Of a DNA stretch of 64,000 nucleotides, positions 12,435 through 25,000 are shown piece after piece (within the stretch, counting starts at the first letter, position 1; every line of letters begins with the position of its first letter). Origin of the DNA: Bilabrum cf. latius (Eukaryota); NCBI GenBank assembly GCA_965178125.1, contig OZ237758.1, positions 558,001 through 622,000 of the forward strand. The letters are read 5' to 3'. The notes beneath the pieces are model-generated. The model was given only the letters and a program-made list of their open reading frames with translations. It was not told the origin of the DNA and ran no database searches. A program made the position numbers and the translations under genes.

Positions 12435-14134
12435 ATGGCAGTATCAAAGCCGTCGACGGAAGAATTAGATATTGGTAAAATTCTTGCACGAGCCTAGGCG
12501 AAAGCTTTGCGCGGTGGAGTGCCTGGTATGATTGCAATGGCTACACAAGGTGAGCTAGGTAGGTGGTTTGATCCCCCGAGTTTTGCCCATGACATGTGGG
12601 TCCGATCCGCCAAGATATTGAACTGGTTTGTGATAAACGCAAATACATCACGACTGGCAGGCTTTTGCAAGCTTGTGGACCGGCATGTGCGAGGTTTGCA
12701 GCTTGCTATCGACCGGTTTTGCGTCTGTTCCTACTTCCTCCAGAGCACCACTCGGCAGCGCGATGGCCAAAATCTGTTCATGTTGGTGTAAACTGGCATG
12801 TTCTACAGCTTTGTAGTATTGGGAAGAGTATTTTATTACAGGTTTAGCTGCTCAAGTTGTAGTTGGCTTCCGGAGGCTGTCGGTCCCGTCACGCTTCACA
12901 TCGAGCAGCTGATTCATTCGCTGCGAACAAAGCGGGCTGTGTGTTTGCTTTGTATCAACTTGGAAGTGTTGTGTTGGATTTTGGCGCATCTGATTCGGTT
13001 GGAAGGCAGGCTCAATGCGTTCTACGGTTCTGAAGTAGATCTTGATACCAGGCTACTTGCGCACTTCTGGAAGCTTCATTCATTGAGATTTTGGGCTACT
13101 GTGGTGCCCAACGAATTGCTGAGCGCACACTCTTCCAGTGTACTCGCGATCTGTTTGTGGCGTCCTCACTTTAGCCTACCCATCCAATCCCCACCCTATC
13201 CAGCTGCTCGCTCTTTCACCCGGTCGCAGTCCTCTCCCTCATGTGGATGCGGACGACCATGAATTACCAGTACAGGCATGGAACTTCAACCATGCAAGCA
13301 CTCCGCACGCTCTACTCCCAGGGCGGGGTATTCAGGTTCTACCGCGGCGTGGGTCCGGCCCTCTTCCAGGGGCCACTGAGCAGGTTTGGAGACACGGCTG
13401 CCAACGAGGGAATCATGTCTCTCTTCGAGTCCACCCCGGAAATGAAGGCCACCCCCACTTTCATCAAGACCGCCGTGGCAGGCCTCGGCGCGGCTTCTTG
13501 GAGGATCTTCCTGATGCCCATTGACACTCTCAAGACGACGCTGCAGGTCGAGGGCAAGGAGGGACTCAGGCTGCTCACCTCTAAGATCAGCACCAGGGGA
13601 CCTACCGTGCTCTACCACGGCGCACTGGCGGCATCCACGGCCTCTTTCGTCGGATTCTATCCCTGGTTCCTCACGTTCAACACGCTCTAGGAATCCATCC
13701 CCAAGCCCGACAGCGTGCCCATGCAGCTGGGCAGGAACGCCATGATCGGCTTCATCTCGAGCTCAATCAGTGACACTTGCAGCAATTCCATCCGAGTCGT
13801 GAAGACGTACAGGCAAACCAGCTCCGAGGTGGTGTCCTACCCCGAGGCCGTCAAGAGCATCATCGCCAAGGAGGGGCTCGTGGGTCTCTTCGGCAGGGGC
13901 CTGCAGACGCGCATCATGGCGAACGGCATGCAGGGCGCCATGTTCGCAGTGGCCTGGAAGTACGTGCAGAAGATCTGGGACAAGCACGTGCCGCAGGAGC
14001 AGGAGGGCGGCAGCCAGGGGGCTGCCAAGGCCGGGTACGAGGGCGTCGCCAAGGAAGCTGCCGCTGCAGTTGCGCCACCTGCCGCCAGCAGCGCCTCCGG
14101 CTCCAAGTCTGGCGGAAACGACGGCCGGCAGTAA
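12435..14134 (+). CDS. Mitochondrial carrier family (SLC25) protein
   Basis: Exon 1 12435-12549 (TAG 12495), intron 12550-13229, exon 2 13230-14134 (TAG 13688). Carrier signatures WMRTTMNYQ, PIDTLKTTLQ, SIRVVKTYRQ, FYRG, LFGRG. Stop TAA 14132-14134. Confidence 0.92.
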
Positions 14135-14731
14135 GCTACGAGTCGCCGGTACGCTGATTTGCGCCGGCTGTTGATGGAGCGCCCGGCGAATCGCATGGCG
14201 CACTCACTCAGACATGTGTCGCCTTCGGGATCGGGATGGAAGAAAGAGCGCAAATTAGGATAAAAGGGAAATTTAGTAGTGTGAAACATATGCGCTGGAC
14301 AGCGTGTTCTCAGCGGTTCGTGCGCTTTTGCTGCTTGAGTGCGCAAGGAGGCCCGCTGCTCGGCTTTGCCGGAGGCTTGTTGCTTGGCACCGCCACCGCC
14401 GCCGCGCTTGATTCCTTCCCCCGGCCCCCGATGCACCCACTGGCAGATCCGTTCGGCTTCGTCTCAGGACGGGGTGAACTGGCACTGCTACTGGAAATCA
14501 TTGGGTGTTTGCCGCGGGAGGACGGTGCTGCAAGGTGGTTGTGCTCGCACGCTTTGAGGCAGCCGAGCAAGTGCCCTTGCGCTCGCTCGCTTGCATGGAT
14601 AGGCGCAGAGAGCTCTTGTCTGAGACATCGTGCTTGAATCCAGTGGAAACCATCAAATTCAAAACGAAGTGATGCGGTGCATGCTATCATCCATTCCACG
14701 CTTTTGTATCTGGTGCGCCGCGACGGCAAGA

Positions 14732-15832
14732 TCACGACCGGAGACGCTTGACCGGCCGGTACGTCCTGTCCCTCCGCCCACCCCCCGAGGAAGCCTTCTC
14801 GCTCTGACTGCTCGCTTCCTCTCTCGTCCTCTTCTTTGCCTTGATCCTGCCGCCCTTCCTGGCCCTCTGGCCCCTGACCATCTCCGCCTTGTAGTATTTG
14901 TCCGCGAACCGCTGGATGCGGTCGTCTGCTGCCACCTCGTCCAGGATTGTCTTCTTCCGGTCTTTCTTCTTGATCTTCATGTTCCTTCCCTCGCCCACGC
15001 CCTCCACTACCGTTCCTAGCTGGTAGTACACCATCCCCATCTTGCGCTGCTCTGCCGTGGTCTTGAAGTGCCTCTTGGGATCCATGTAGCCCCTGTTCCT
15101 CAAGATCGCTACCTCGCGACGAGCCTCAGCGGTCGGCTCTGCCTTGGGCATGTCAAACCACATGCGACCGGCGGTAGCCTTCTGTTTCCTCGCCTTGGCT
15201 CGTATGGATTCTCTGTTGGCGATGGCGGCTGCCTTGGCACGCATCGAGGTCCTTGGGTCCGACATGTCTTCGCCACCAGCATGGTCAGCGCCACTGGGAT
15301 TTCGGCTATGAAATGACGGCGTTGCACTTGATGATGCAGATGAGGAAGCTGAGCTGGCCTGCCTGCCTGTCCCTGGGGCGTGGGACGCCGCCGCTTCCCC
15401 GTACGCAGAATCGTGCAATGCTGCACTTCTTGATGCAGCTTTTGTGACGCTTGAGGACGACTATGTCGATGCGTCCGTCTCTCGCAGATACCCGTCAACT
15501 TTGCTTCCGGCGACGCTTGAACTAGCTCCCGGCAGCTGAGGCAACAGGGGCATCTGCAACAGCCGAGTTGCCTCTCGTACCGCATCCTCAGATTCATCCG
15601 TAGATCGCGACCCTGATCCAGCGCCTGACTTTCTGCTGAATGCAAGCAAGTCCATGCCTGCCAGCTGGTCTGCTGCATCCATCTCTTCATCAGAATCTGA
15701 ATCGCTGCTGGTCGAAGACTCGGATTCTGAAGCGGCCCCAAATTCTTCCTCAACGCTGGGTTCCTCCGCTTCATATTTCGCAGCTCCATCATCAACACTA
15801 TCTTGGCTTTTAAGGCGCCTGGAGCGACGCAT
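14732..15832 (-). CDS. FCF2: Fcf2 pre-rRNA processing protein (DNTTIP2/Fcf2 domain)
   Basis: TAGRMWFDMP...RNRGYMDPKRHFK...YYQLGTVVEG...KKTILDE matches the Fcf2 domain. The acidic N-terminus is joined in frame through TAG 15461-15463. ATG 15832, stop TGA 14732-14734. Confidence 0.88.
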
Positions 15833-16032
15833 AATCTGATCTGAATGTGGTACTGCAGTCAAGAATGGATTGTGCCCAAAATCTGATTTCTCGAGCTTTG
15901 TACAGTGCTGCATTCTGTGCATGCTCGGGTGTCCTTCGTCGACAGTAGAGAGGAGGAAATAGTGCATTGACGCTGTCAATAATACTGTTACAAACAATTT
16001 AATTGCCTCTGCGTAGTGTCACACGGTCCCAG

Positions 16033-19000
16033 ATGGCGGCATCGATGCTGTCCATCGCGCAAGCTCTTTGCGAAGCTCCGAAGCGTGACCGTTGCAGCAT
16101 TTTGCTGCCAGACACCATTATCCTCGGACAAGTGAGGGTCTTCATTGGACGCATAAATCGTCATTAAGACTAAACAAAGTCATTACCGCCTAGTGTTACT
16201 CGTCTATGGTGTCTAGTTTTGCAGGTCAATCCGTCGTCCCCTTGCGTTGCTGTGGCATGGGTTGGAACTTCAAAATCTGGGACTGTTGGAAAGAAGAAGG
16301 AATCGTTTTGCACGGTTGGAAAAATACGGGAAAGATTTCTTAAGGGGCATCAAGATACAGCTCGAATTATTGCAGCTGCGCATCGGACAGGTGGGCGAGT
16401 GGCTGGACTTGACGGCAGGTCTCTAAGCAGCCTCCTCAACTCGCTTGAGAAAGGAACCCTCAGAGATGTTCATCTCTTGTAGTCTAGATTACATCTGGGA
16501 AAGCTTAAGGGGAAATACACCTGCGAAATCGTGTCGTAGAATCTACCGGACGGCTCTGAGCGGCTCGCGACACAGGTGCGCTCTTCGGTGGGTGCTATTC
16601 CAGAGCACTTGTACTCTTCCGTGGAGCGATCAGCGACAGAATTGCGCAAGTTCATTTGTTCCGCCATGGTGAGTCTATCGCAGCGAACGTGTTTGGATGC
16701 CTGCCTTGCACCCGTTGCCGAAGCGCTGAAGCATCGCGTCGTCGCGTGGCAACCTCCTTCTCGAATTTCGCAGTTTGCCCGAGTGGAAAGGATAGTCACG
16801 GAATGGTCCATCAACCAGCACCAGCAAGTCTGGCTCACTGGCGCCTCGGCTCTCGACACTGTTCCCCGCAGGACCGGGCCTCAATCCGCCCCTGGCTCAG
16901 ACACGGGCCCGGCCCAAGCAAGCGCTGGAATGGCCCCAGATGGGGGGCTTGGCCGACCAGGCAGCAACCCAAGCCTGCCAGAGCTGCAGACCACGAACAT
17001 AGAAGGCGCATCCCCGGGCTCGAGGGGGAACTACGGCTAGCTGGGCACGGCTGGGAGCCTAGTCACGGAGTTGCTTCAGGATGAGGCGACAGGAGCTGCT
17101 GGGGGATCACAGGGCAATTTGCAGCCCAATCGGCGAGTTCTTCCCTTTGCAGCCACGCCAGGCACTGCAGGGAGTATCCCGACCCGTCCGATGTTTTCTA
17201 GCGGAAGCGCATACATGTCAATGCAGCCAGCACCACCTGCAGCGGCCCATCGAAGCGCAGGTACGCCAACGGGCGGCATGGAGAGCTCAACGCCAGGAGA
17301 TGCATGGCGGCGAGCAGGCAGCCAGCCCATGCCGAGCAGCTCGACCATTCTGACAAACGCGTTTCCATCCAGCATTGATGCGCGGGCAGAGCTGGGCCGC
17401 ATGCGGGAGCGTATCGATCAGCTGGAGCAGGAGCTGGCGCGCACGCGGCATGCCTCGGCCGAAGCAGAGCAGGAGGCCGGTGCTTTGAAAGCATAGCTGG
17501 CGGGTGCGACTGCAAGGGCAGACGCGGCACAGGCAGCTCTTGATAGCGGAGGAGATGCGCACCGGACTGTTGAGCGCGTTGCTCAGCTGGCATAGGCGCT
17601 GCAGCAGGCCGAATCGCGGCTGGACAAGCTAAGGCTTTCGGCCGACGAGCGAGTCAGGCACGTCTCAGACGCCCTACAGGAACAGCATCGACGAGAACTC
17701 CGCAATCTCAAGGACAAGTTTGACCGCGTTGATTCGGACGCGACTGTGGCTCGTAGTCAGCTTGCGGCTATGCAGCAAAGGCTGTCAGAGGTGTCTGAGA
17801 ACGAGAGCATCGCAATCGCGAGGGGCGATAGGGCCGCCGCAGAAATAGCTCGCTTGATGGAGTAGCTCCACATAAACTCGAAGCAAAGAGCTAGCAGCAG
17901 GACTGGTGCCAGCACCACAGACGATGTTGATTTGCTCACAGCGGAGTTGCGGCAGACCCAAGATCAGGTCTACGACCTTCGCTCGAGGCTAGAAGCTGAA
18001 ACAAGAGGGAAAGGATAGCTCAGGAGCATGCTTGACGAGCAGCAGCAGCACCACCTGAAGCGCGAGAGACAGCTTACTGCGGCTCTGGCGGACGCTGAGC
18101 AAGCCGCGGAAGACGCTGCCGGTGCTTTAAACCGCTCTCAGGCTGGTCCAGGTTTTATGACTTCTCTAAGCGCCTCTGACTCCCAGCCCGACATTCCCGG
18201 CTTAGCTCGTCCATCTACCAGAGGAGAATCGTAGGTCAGGCCGCCAACACGATCGGCGGTTGCAGCTGAAGCAAAGTTGTCTGTGCAGCAAGCGGAACAG
18301 GAGGCAGAGCAGGCGAGGCGAGAACTCAGGCGGATACGAGACCAACTCAATGAGCAAGAGCTGCAGCTCCACGAGCTCCGCAGGTCAGAGGCTACGCTCC
18401 GGTCCAGGTTAGAGTCCGAGGCGCCATTGCGCACTGCCCTTGAGGAGGAGCTGCGATCGCTTCGCGCCAAAGCGGCTGTCCGCACTGAGCAGCGAGGTTC
18501 TGCGGGCGGCGAGACTCCAGCTGATGGCAGTGATTCGCCCAGTGGCGGCAGTGACTTTGCTCGAGATTCTCGTGTGGAATCAGTGCAGATGAACGATGTC
18601 ACGGTCGCAGCGGTCGGGAGCGCGGCCGCGGCAGAAATTGCGTCCACAGCAGAGGGAGCCAAGGTGCGACGGCTCGAGCAAGAAGTCGCAATGCTTCGCT
18701 CTAGACTGGAGATGGAGGCAGCCAACGGGGTCCATCTGCAGGAGTACGCCCAGAGTCTTCACGACAAGATCAAGTCGCATCAGGAATCGGCCGAGCTTCA
18801 GATCGAGCAAGCCAGGGATGCGTCCAGGAAGGAAGCGGCAGCGGCCATGGAGCAGCTCAGGGAAGAAATGACCGAGAAGGCGCAAGCTGACCTGCAGCTA
18901 GCCAAGGATGCTTGGGATGACGTCAGGGGCAGACTCGAGGCGGAACTCAAGGCCAGCCAGGACCGCTACAGGGCTGACCTGGCTGACCTGCGGAGAGACC

Positions 19001-22000
19001 GCGATTCAATGGCAGCTGCATCGGAGACCCATGTGATCAAGCTGCAGGAAGCACTCGAGAGCGCACAAGGGGATGCTGGTGAGACCAAGTCAGATGGGAC
19101 AGCTGATCCTGTGCTCGAGTTGTCTAGACGGCTAGCTGAAGCCCAGGAGCAAGTACTTGAAGAGCAGCGCAGACGGGAGGGCGCCCAGGCTGCTGCCTCC
19201 ACCGCCATGGCAGACACAGTCAGGGAGGTGGAGGCGGTCCGCGTGTAGCTGGAAGGAAGGGTGTTGGCCGAGCGCAGGCAGTACGAAGCCATGGCAGAGC
19301 GACGAGCAGCCGTGCAGATCGATGGTCTCAAGGCGTCGGTGGAGGCCCTGGCCAGACAGGCGCAGGAAGGCCAGGCCGCGCAAGAAGCCCTGGATCGAGC
19401 GCAAGGTGAGCTGGACCAGCTCGGTAGGGACCTCAAGGAGTCTAAGCAGCGGCTCAAGGCAGAACGCAGCGACCGCGAGAAGGAGCTGGCAGCCATGGAA
19501 CACAAGCTCAAGCATGAGGTGCAGCTAGCGGCAGACAAGGCCAAGACAGAGTCGGAGGCGAATGCTGCGGACGAGATGCAGGCTGAGCTGAGGCGATGGA
19601 GAGATCAAGCCCGCGAGATAGCACAGTCAACACTGAACGGCGGTGACAGCCAAACACCGGAGTCAAGCACAGCGGTTGATGCGCTGGCCGAGGCAATCCG
19701 GACAACCGACCGGCAGAGTCTCGCAGATTCCAGAAAGGAGATCGCCAGCATGAGAAAGGCCTTCATAGCAGAGATGCAGACCAAGGAATCCGAACTACAG
19801 ACAGCACTGAGCGAGGCGCGAGCGGCGGCTGTGGATGCGCACCTGCAGTCGCTCAAGGCCGCGCAGTCGGCTCGAGCTGAAGAGCAGACGCGGCAGAGGC
19901 ACAAGATGCAGAGGCTACACCGCAAACTCAGAAATGAATCGCAAAGGAGGGTGCTGGAGGCCGAGCGAGCCTCAGAACAGCTCTGGAGCGCCAGATCGAT
20001 GGAGATGAGGCAGAGGCTGGAAGAAGCCACCGAAGAGAGGATCCGCCTGCTGACCCAGCAGCTCCAGCACACCCATCGCTTGGCTCTGCAGGCTGTCGAA
20101 GCTCGGGTCAGATCCCAGACCCAGCAACAGCTGCTGCCGCCTAGTCCCACCAAGCGATCAACTGCTGCTTCACCAATGCGGGCTGCATTCGGCTCGTCGC
20201 GCGACGCATCGCAACCCCTGTCTCCGGGCACCTCTGCAATGCACCAGCTGCGGAACCGCGCAGAGCAGACCGAGAAAGACATGGATCGTATGCGCGAGGC
20301 TCACAGGAAGGAATTGGACAGGATGTCACGGGCCCATGAGAGCGAGACACGAGCGCTGCGCGCAAAGGCAGAAGCGGCGCAGCAGCAATGGAAGGACGAG
20401 TACGACGCGCTTGTCAAGCTGAACCGGTCCATTGAGGAACGGCTGTCCCAGGCCGTCGACGAGCACAAGCGCAGATACGAAGATATGCTGGAGAAGCAGG
20501 CCGCAGCAGAATCGCGGTCGCAAGCCGAGGCACAGGCTCAGTTCAAGGAGCTTCTGCGCGAGAGTGTGGAGCGCGCCACCGCAGCAGCACAGGCACACCA
20601 CGGTGGATCAGAGGGAGCGTCCGCCTCTACTCGCGTGGTTGAGCTCGAGCAGGAGCTGGCAGCCGCGAAGGCACGCGCTCTCAGCGCAGCCGCAGATATG
20701 GAGCAGAAGCTGGCTCGAGCTTTGAATGAAGCAGCAGCCGAGGCCTCTGCCAAGCATGCCAGCGCCCTCGAAGCCCTCGGGGCCAAGCACCGCGCTGAAC
20801 TGGCAGAGTCGCGAGCTTCTGCCATCAATGAGGCCAATATGCGAGCAGACGAGAGGGTTGCCACTCTCACGCAGCAGCACAGGGAGGCGTCCGAGCAGCT
20901 GCTTGAGGAGGCCGAGGCACTTGCTCGAGGCACAGCAGGTGCTGCTAACGGCGCTTCGGCTGCTGGTCCGGGACATTCCTAGCCCACGCTGAGCGATGAT
21001 GGTGGTGTGTCCGGCACAGCCGCACTGCAAGCGAGGATACAAGAACTTCAGAAGCAGCTGGAGACAGAGAGGCAGGAAGCTGCAGAGAAGCTGCAGCAGC
21101 TCAAGAGCAGCTCGTGGAGCGAGTCTGCCCAGCTGAAGCAAGAGCTTGCAAGTCTCAAAGAAAAAGAGAGCCAGGCCCTGCAGCAGCTGTGGAAGGCAGA
21201 AGAGCAGGCAAGGCGAGCGGTGGAAGAGGCCCGCGACGAGGAGGAGAGCAAGCGCAGAGCAGCCGTGGACGAGGTCGCGCAAGACCTCAGAGCCAAGCTC
21301 GACAGCGCGCTGGCGGAGAGCGAGCAGGGGGCCGAGATCATCGCCAACCTGATGCGGGAGAGCGAGGAACAGGCGCGAAAGCTGGGCGAGGTGAGAGGCG
21401 CGCTGGAGGCAGCAGATCGTGCCAAAGAGCGAGCAGCCGTGCAGCAGGAGCAGCAGATCAAGACCCAGGCAAAGAAGATGCAGGCGGACTTTGACCGCAA
21501 GCTCAAGTCCGCGCGACAAGAGCTCGAAGCAGAGGTGAAGCGGTGCAAAGACGCCCTTTCTAAGGCCCGTGACGAGTGGTCTGCCGAGAGGTCCAGGATC
21601 ATCCGCGAGGCGCATCAGGACAAGCAGGTGTTGCTGCGGCAGGTCGAGGAGTCAGGCCGCAACTCGTCCGAGGCAGCCCGACGAGACCTCAAGGCAGAGC
21701 TTGCCAAGGCAGAAGAAGCTCGTACCAGGCAGCTCAGGTCCGAGCACGCCGAAGCCATGACAGCCCTCAAGTCGCGGCACGACGAGGCCATGAAGACACT
21801 CAGGCAAGAGATTGAAGCTGACAAGCAGGCTGCATTCGAAGCGCTCCGATCTTCCATGCAAGAGAAAGCAGACGAGGCGCTGCGATAGGCCGTGGAGGAC
21901 GCGGAATCCAAGCACACGAGGAAGATCCGCGAGCTGGAGACTGCAGTGCGCGAGGAGCTGGACTCTGCGCAGGCAGATGCCCGCAAGGCCCAGGATGAAG

Positions 22001-25000
22001 CCGAGCTCCAGATCGAGCAAGCCAGGGATGCGTCCAGGAAGGAAGCGGCAGCGGCCATGGAGCAGCTCAGGGAAGAAATGACCGAGAAGGCGCAAGCTGA
22101 CCTGCAGCTAGCCAAGGATGCTTGGGATGACGTCAGGGGCAGACTCGAGGCGGAACTCAAGACCAGCCAGGACCGCTACAGGGCTGACCTGGCTGACCTG
22201 CGGAGAGACCGCGATTCAATGGCAGCTGCATCAGAGACCCATGTGATCAAGCTGCAGGAAGCACTCGAGAGCGCACAAGGGGATGCTGGTGAGACCAAGT
22301 CAGATGGGACAGCTGATCCTGTGCTCGAGTTGTCTAGACGGCTAGCTGAAGCCCAGGAGCAAGTACTTGAAGAGCAGCGCAGACGGGAGGGCGCCCAGGC
22401 TGCTGCCTCCACCGCCATGGCAGACACAGTCAGGGAGGTGGAGGCGGTCCGCGTGTAGCTGGAAGGAAGGGTGTTGGCCGAGCGCAGGCAGTACGAAGCC
22501 ATGGCGGAGCGACGAGCAGCCGTGCAGATCGATGGACTCAAGGCGTCGGTGGAGGCCCTGGCCAGACAGGCGCAGGAAGGCCAGGCCGCGCAAGAAGCCC
22601 TGGATCGAGCGCAAGGTGAGCTGGACCAGCTCGGTAGGGACCTCAAGGAGTCTAAGCAGCGGCTCAAGGCAGAACGCAGCGACCGCGAGAAGGAGCTGGC
22701 AGCCATGGAACACAAGCTCAAGCATGAGGTGCAGCTAGCGGCAGACAAGGCCAAGACAGAGTCGGAGGCGAATGCTGCGGACGAGATGCAGGCTGAGCTG
22801 AGGCGATGGAGAGATCAAGCCCGCGAGATAGCACAGTCAACACTGAACGGCGGTGACAGCCAAACACCGGAGTCAAGCACAGCGGTTGATGCGCTGGCCG
22901 AGGCAATCCGGACAACCGACCGGCAGAGTCTCGCAGATTCCAGAAAGGAGATCGCCAGCATGAGAAAGGCCTTCATAGCAGAGATGCAGACCAAGGAATC
23001 CGAACTACAGACAGCACTGAGCGAGGCGCGAGCGGCGGCTGTGGATGCGCACCTGCAGTCGCTCAAGGCCGCGCAGTCGGCTCGAGCAGAAGAACAGACG
23101 CGGCAGAGGCACAAGATGCAAAGGCTACACCGCAAACTCAGAAATGAATCGCAAAGGAGGGTGCTGGAGGCCGAGCGAGCCTCAGAACAGCTCTGGAGCG
23201 CCAGATCGATGGAGATGAGGCAGAGGCTGGAAGAAGCCACCGAAGAGAGGATCCGCCTGCTGACCCAGCAGCTCCAGCACACCCATCGCTTGGCTCTGCA
23301 GGCTGCCGAAGCTCGGGTCAGATCCCAGACCCAGCAACAGCTGCTGCCGCCTAGTCCCACCAAGCGATCAACTGCTGCTTCACCAATGCGGGCTGCAACC
23401 GGCTCGTCGCGGGACGCTTCGCACCCCCTGTCTCCGGGCACCTCTGCAATGCACCAGCTGCGGAACCGCGCAGAGCAGACCGAGAAAGACATGGATCGTA
23501 TGCGCGAGGCTCACAGGAAGGAATTGGACAGGATGTCACGGGCCCATGAGAGCGAGACACGAGCGCTGCGCGCAAAGGCAGAAGCGGCGCAGCAGCAATG
23601 GAAGGACGAGTACGATGCGCTTGTCAAGCTGAACCGGTCCATTGAGGAACGGCTGTCCCAGGCCGTCGACGAGCACAAGCGCAGATACGAAGATATGCTG
23701 GAGAAGCAGGCCGCGGCTGCATCGCGGTCGCAAGCCGAGGCACAGGCTCAGTTCAAGGAGCTTCTGCACGAGAGCGTGGAGCGCGCCACCGCAGCAGCAC
23801 AGGCACATCACGGTGGATCAGAGGGAGCGTCCGTCTCGACTCGCGTGGTTGAGCTCGAGCAGGAGCTGGCAGCCGCGAAGGCCCGCACTCTCAGCGCAGC
23901 TGCAGATATGTAGCAGAAGCTGGCTCGAGCTTCGAATGAAGCAGCAGCCGAGGCCTCTGCCAAGCATGCCAGCGCCCTTGAAGCCCTCGAGGCCAAGCAC
24001 CGGGCTGAACTGGCAGAGTCGCGAGCTTCTGCCATCAATGAGGCCAATATGCGAGCAGACGAGAGGATTGCCACTCTCACGCAGCAGCACAGGGAGGCAT
24101 CCGAGCAGCTGCTCGAGGAGGCCGAGGCACTTGCTCGAGGCACAGCAGGTGCTGCTAACGGCGCTTCGGCTGCTGGTCCGGGACATTCCTAGCCCACGCT
24201 GAGCGATGATGGTGGCATGCCTGGCACAGCCGCACTGCAAGCGAGGATACAAGAACTTCAGAAGCAGCTGGAGACAGAGAGGCAGGAAGCTGCAGAGAAA
24301 CTGCAGCAGCTCAAGAGCAGCTCGTGGAGCGAGTCTGCCCAGCTGAAGCAAGAGCTTGCAAGTCTCAAAGAAAAAGAGAGCCAGGCCCTGCAGCAGCTGT
24401 GGAAGGCAGAAGAGCAGGCAAGGCGAGCGGTGGAAGAGGCCCGCGACGAGGAGGAGAGCAAGCGCAGAGCAGCTGTGGACGAGGTCGCGCAAGACCTCAG
24501 AGCCAAGCTCGACAGCGCGCTGGCGGAGAGCGAGCAGGGGGCCGAGATCATCGCCAACCTGATGCGGGAGAGCGAGGAACAGGCGCGAAAGCTAGGCGAG
24601 GTGAGGGGGGCGCTGGAGGCAGCAGATCGTGCCAAAGAGCGAGCAGCCGTGCAGCAGGAGCAGCAGATCAAGACCCAGGCAAAGAAGATGCAGGCGGACT
24701 TTGACCGCAAGCTCCGGTCCGCGCGACAAGAGCTCGAAGCAGAGGTGAAGCGGTGCAAAGACGCCCTTTCTAAGGCCCGTGACGAGTGGTCTGCCGAGAG
24801 GTCCAGGATCATCCGCGAGGCGCATCAGGACAAGCAGGTGTTGCTGCGGCAGGTCGAGGAGTCGGGCCGCAACTCGTCCGAGGCAGCCCGACGAGACCTC
24901 AAGGCAGAGCTTGCCAAGGCAGAAGAAGCGCGTACCAGGCAGCTCAGGTCCGAGCACGCCGAAGCCATGACAGCCCTCAAGTCGCGGCACGACGAGGCCA

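Noticed and set aside
20701-23913. UAG=Glu, suggested by GAG/TAG between repeat copies and by DE*VR in glutaredoxin (41008)
   Set aside because: The repeat copies carry other non-synonymous differences, and the Grx position is Ala in the sister domains. The strongly conserved GCSH position is Gln. Not formally excluded without genome-wide statistics.
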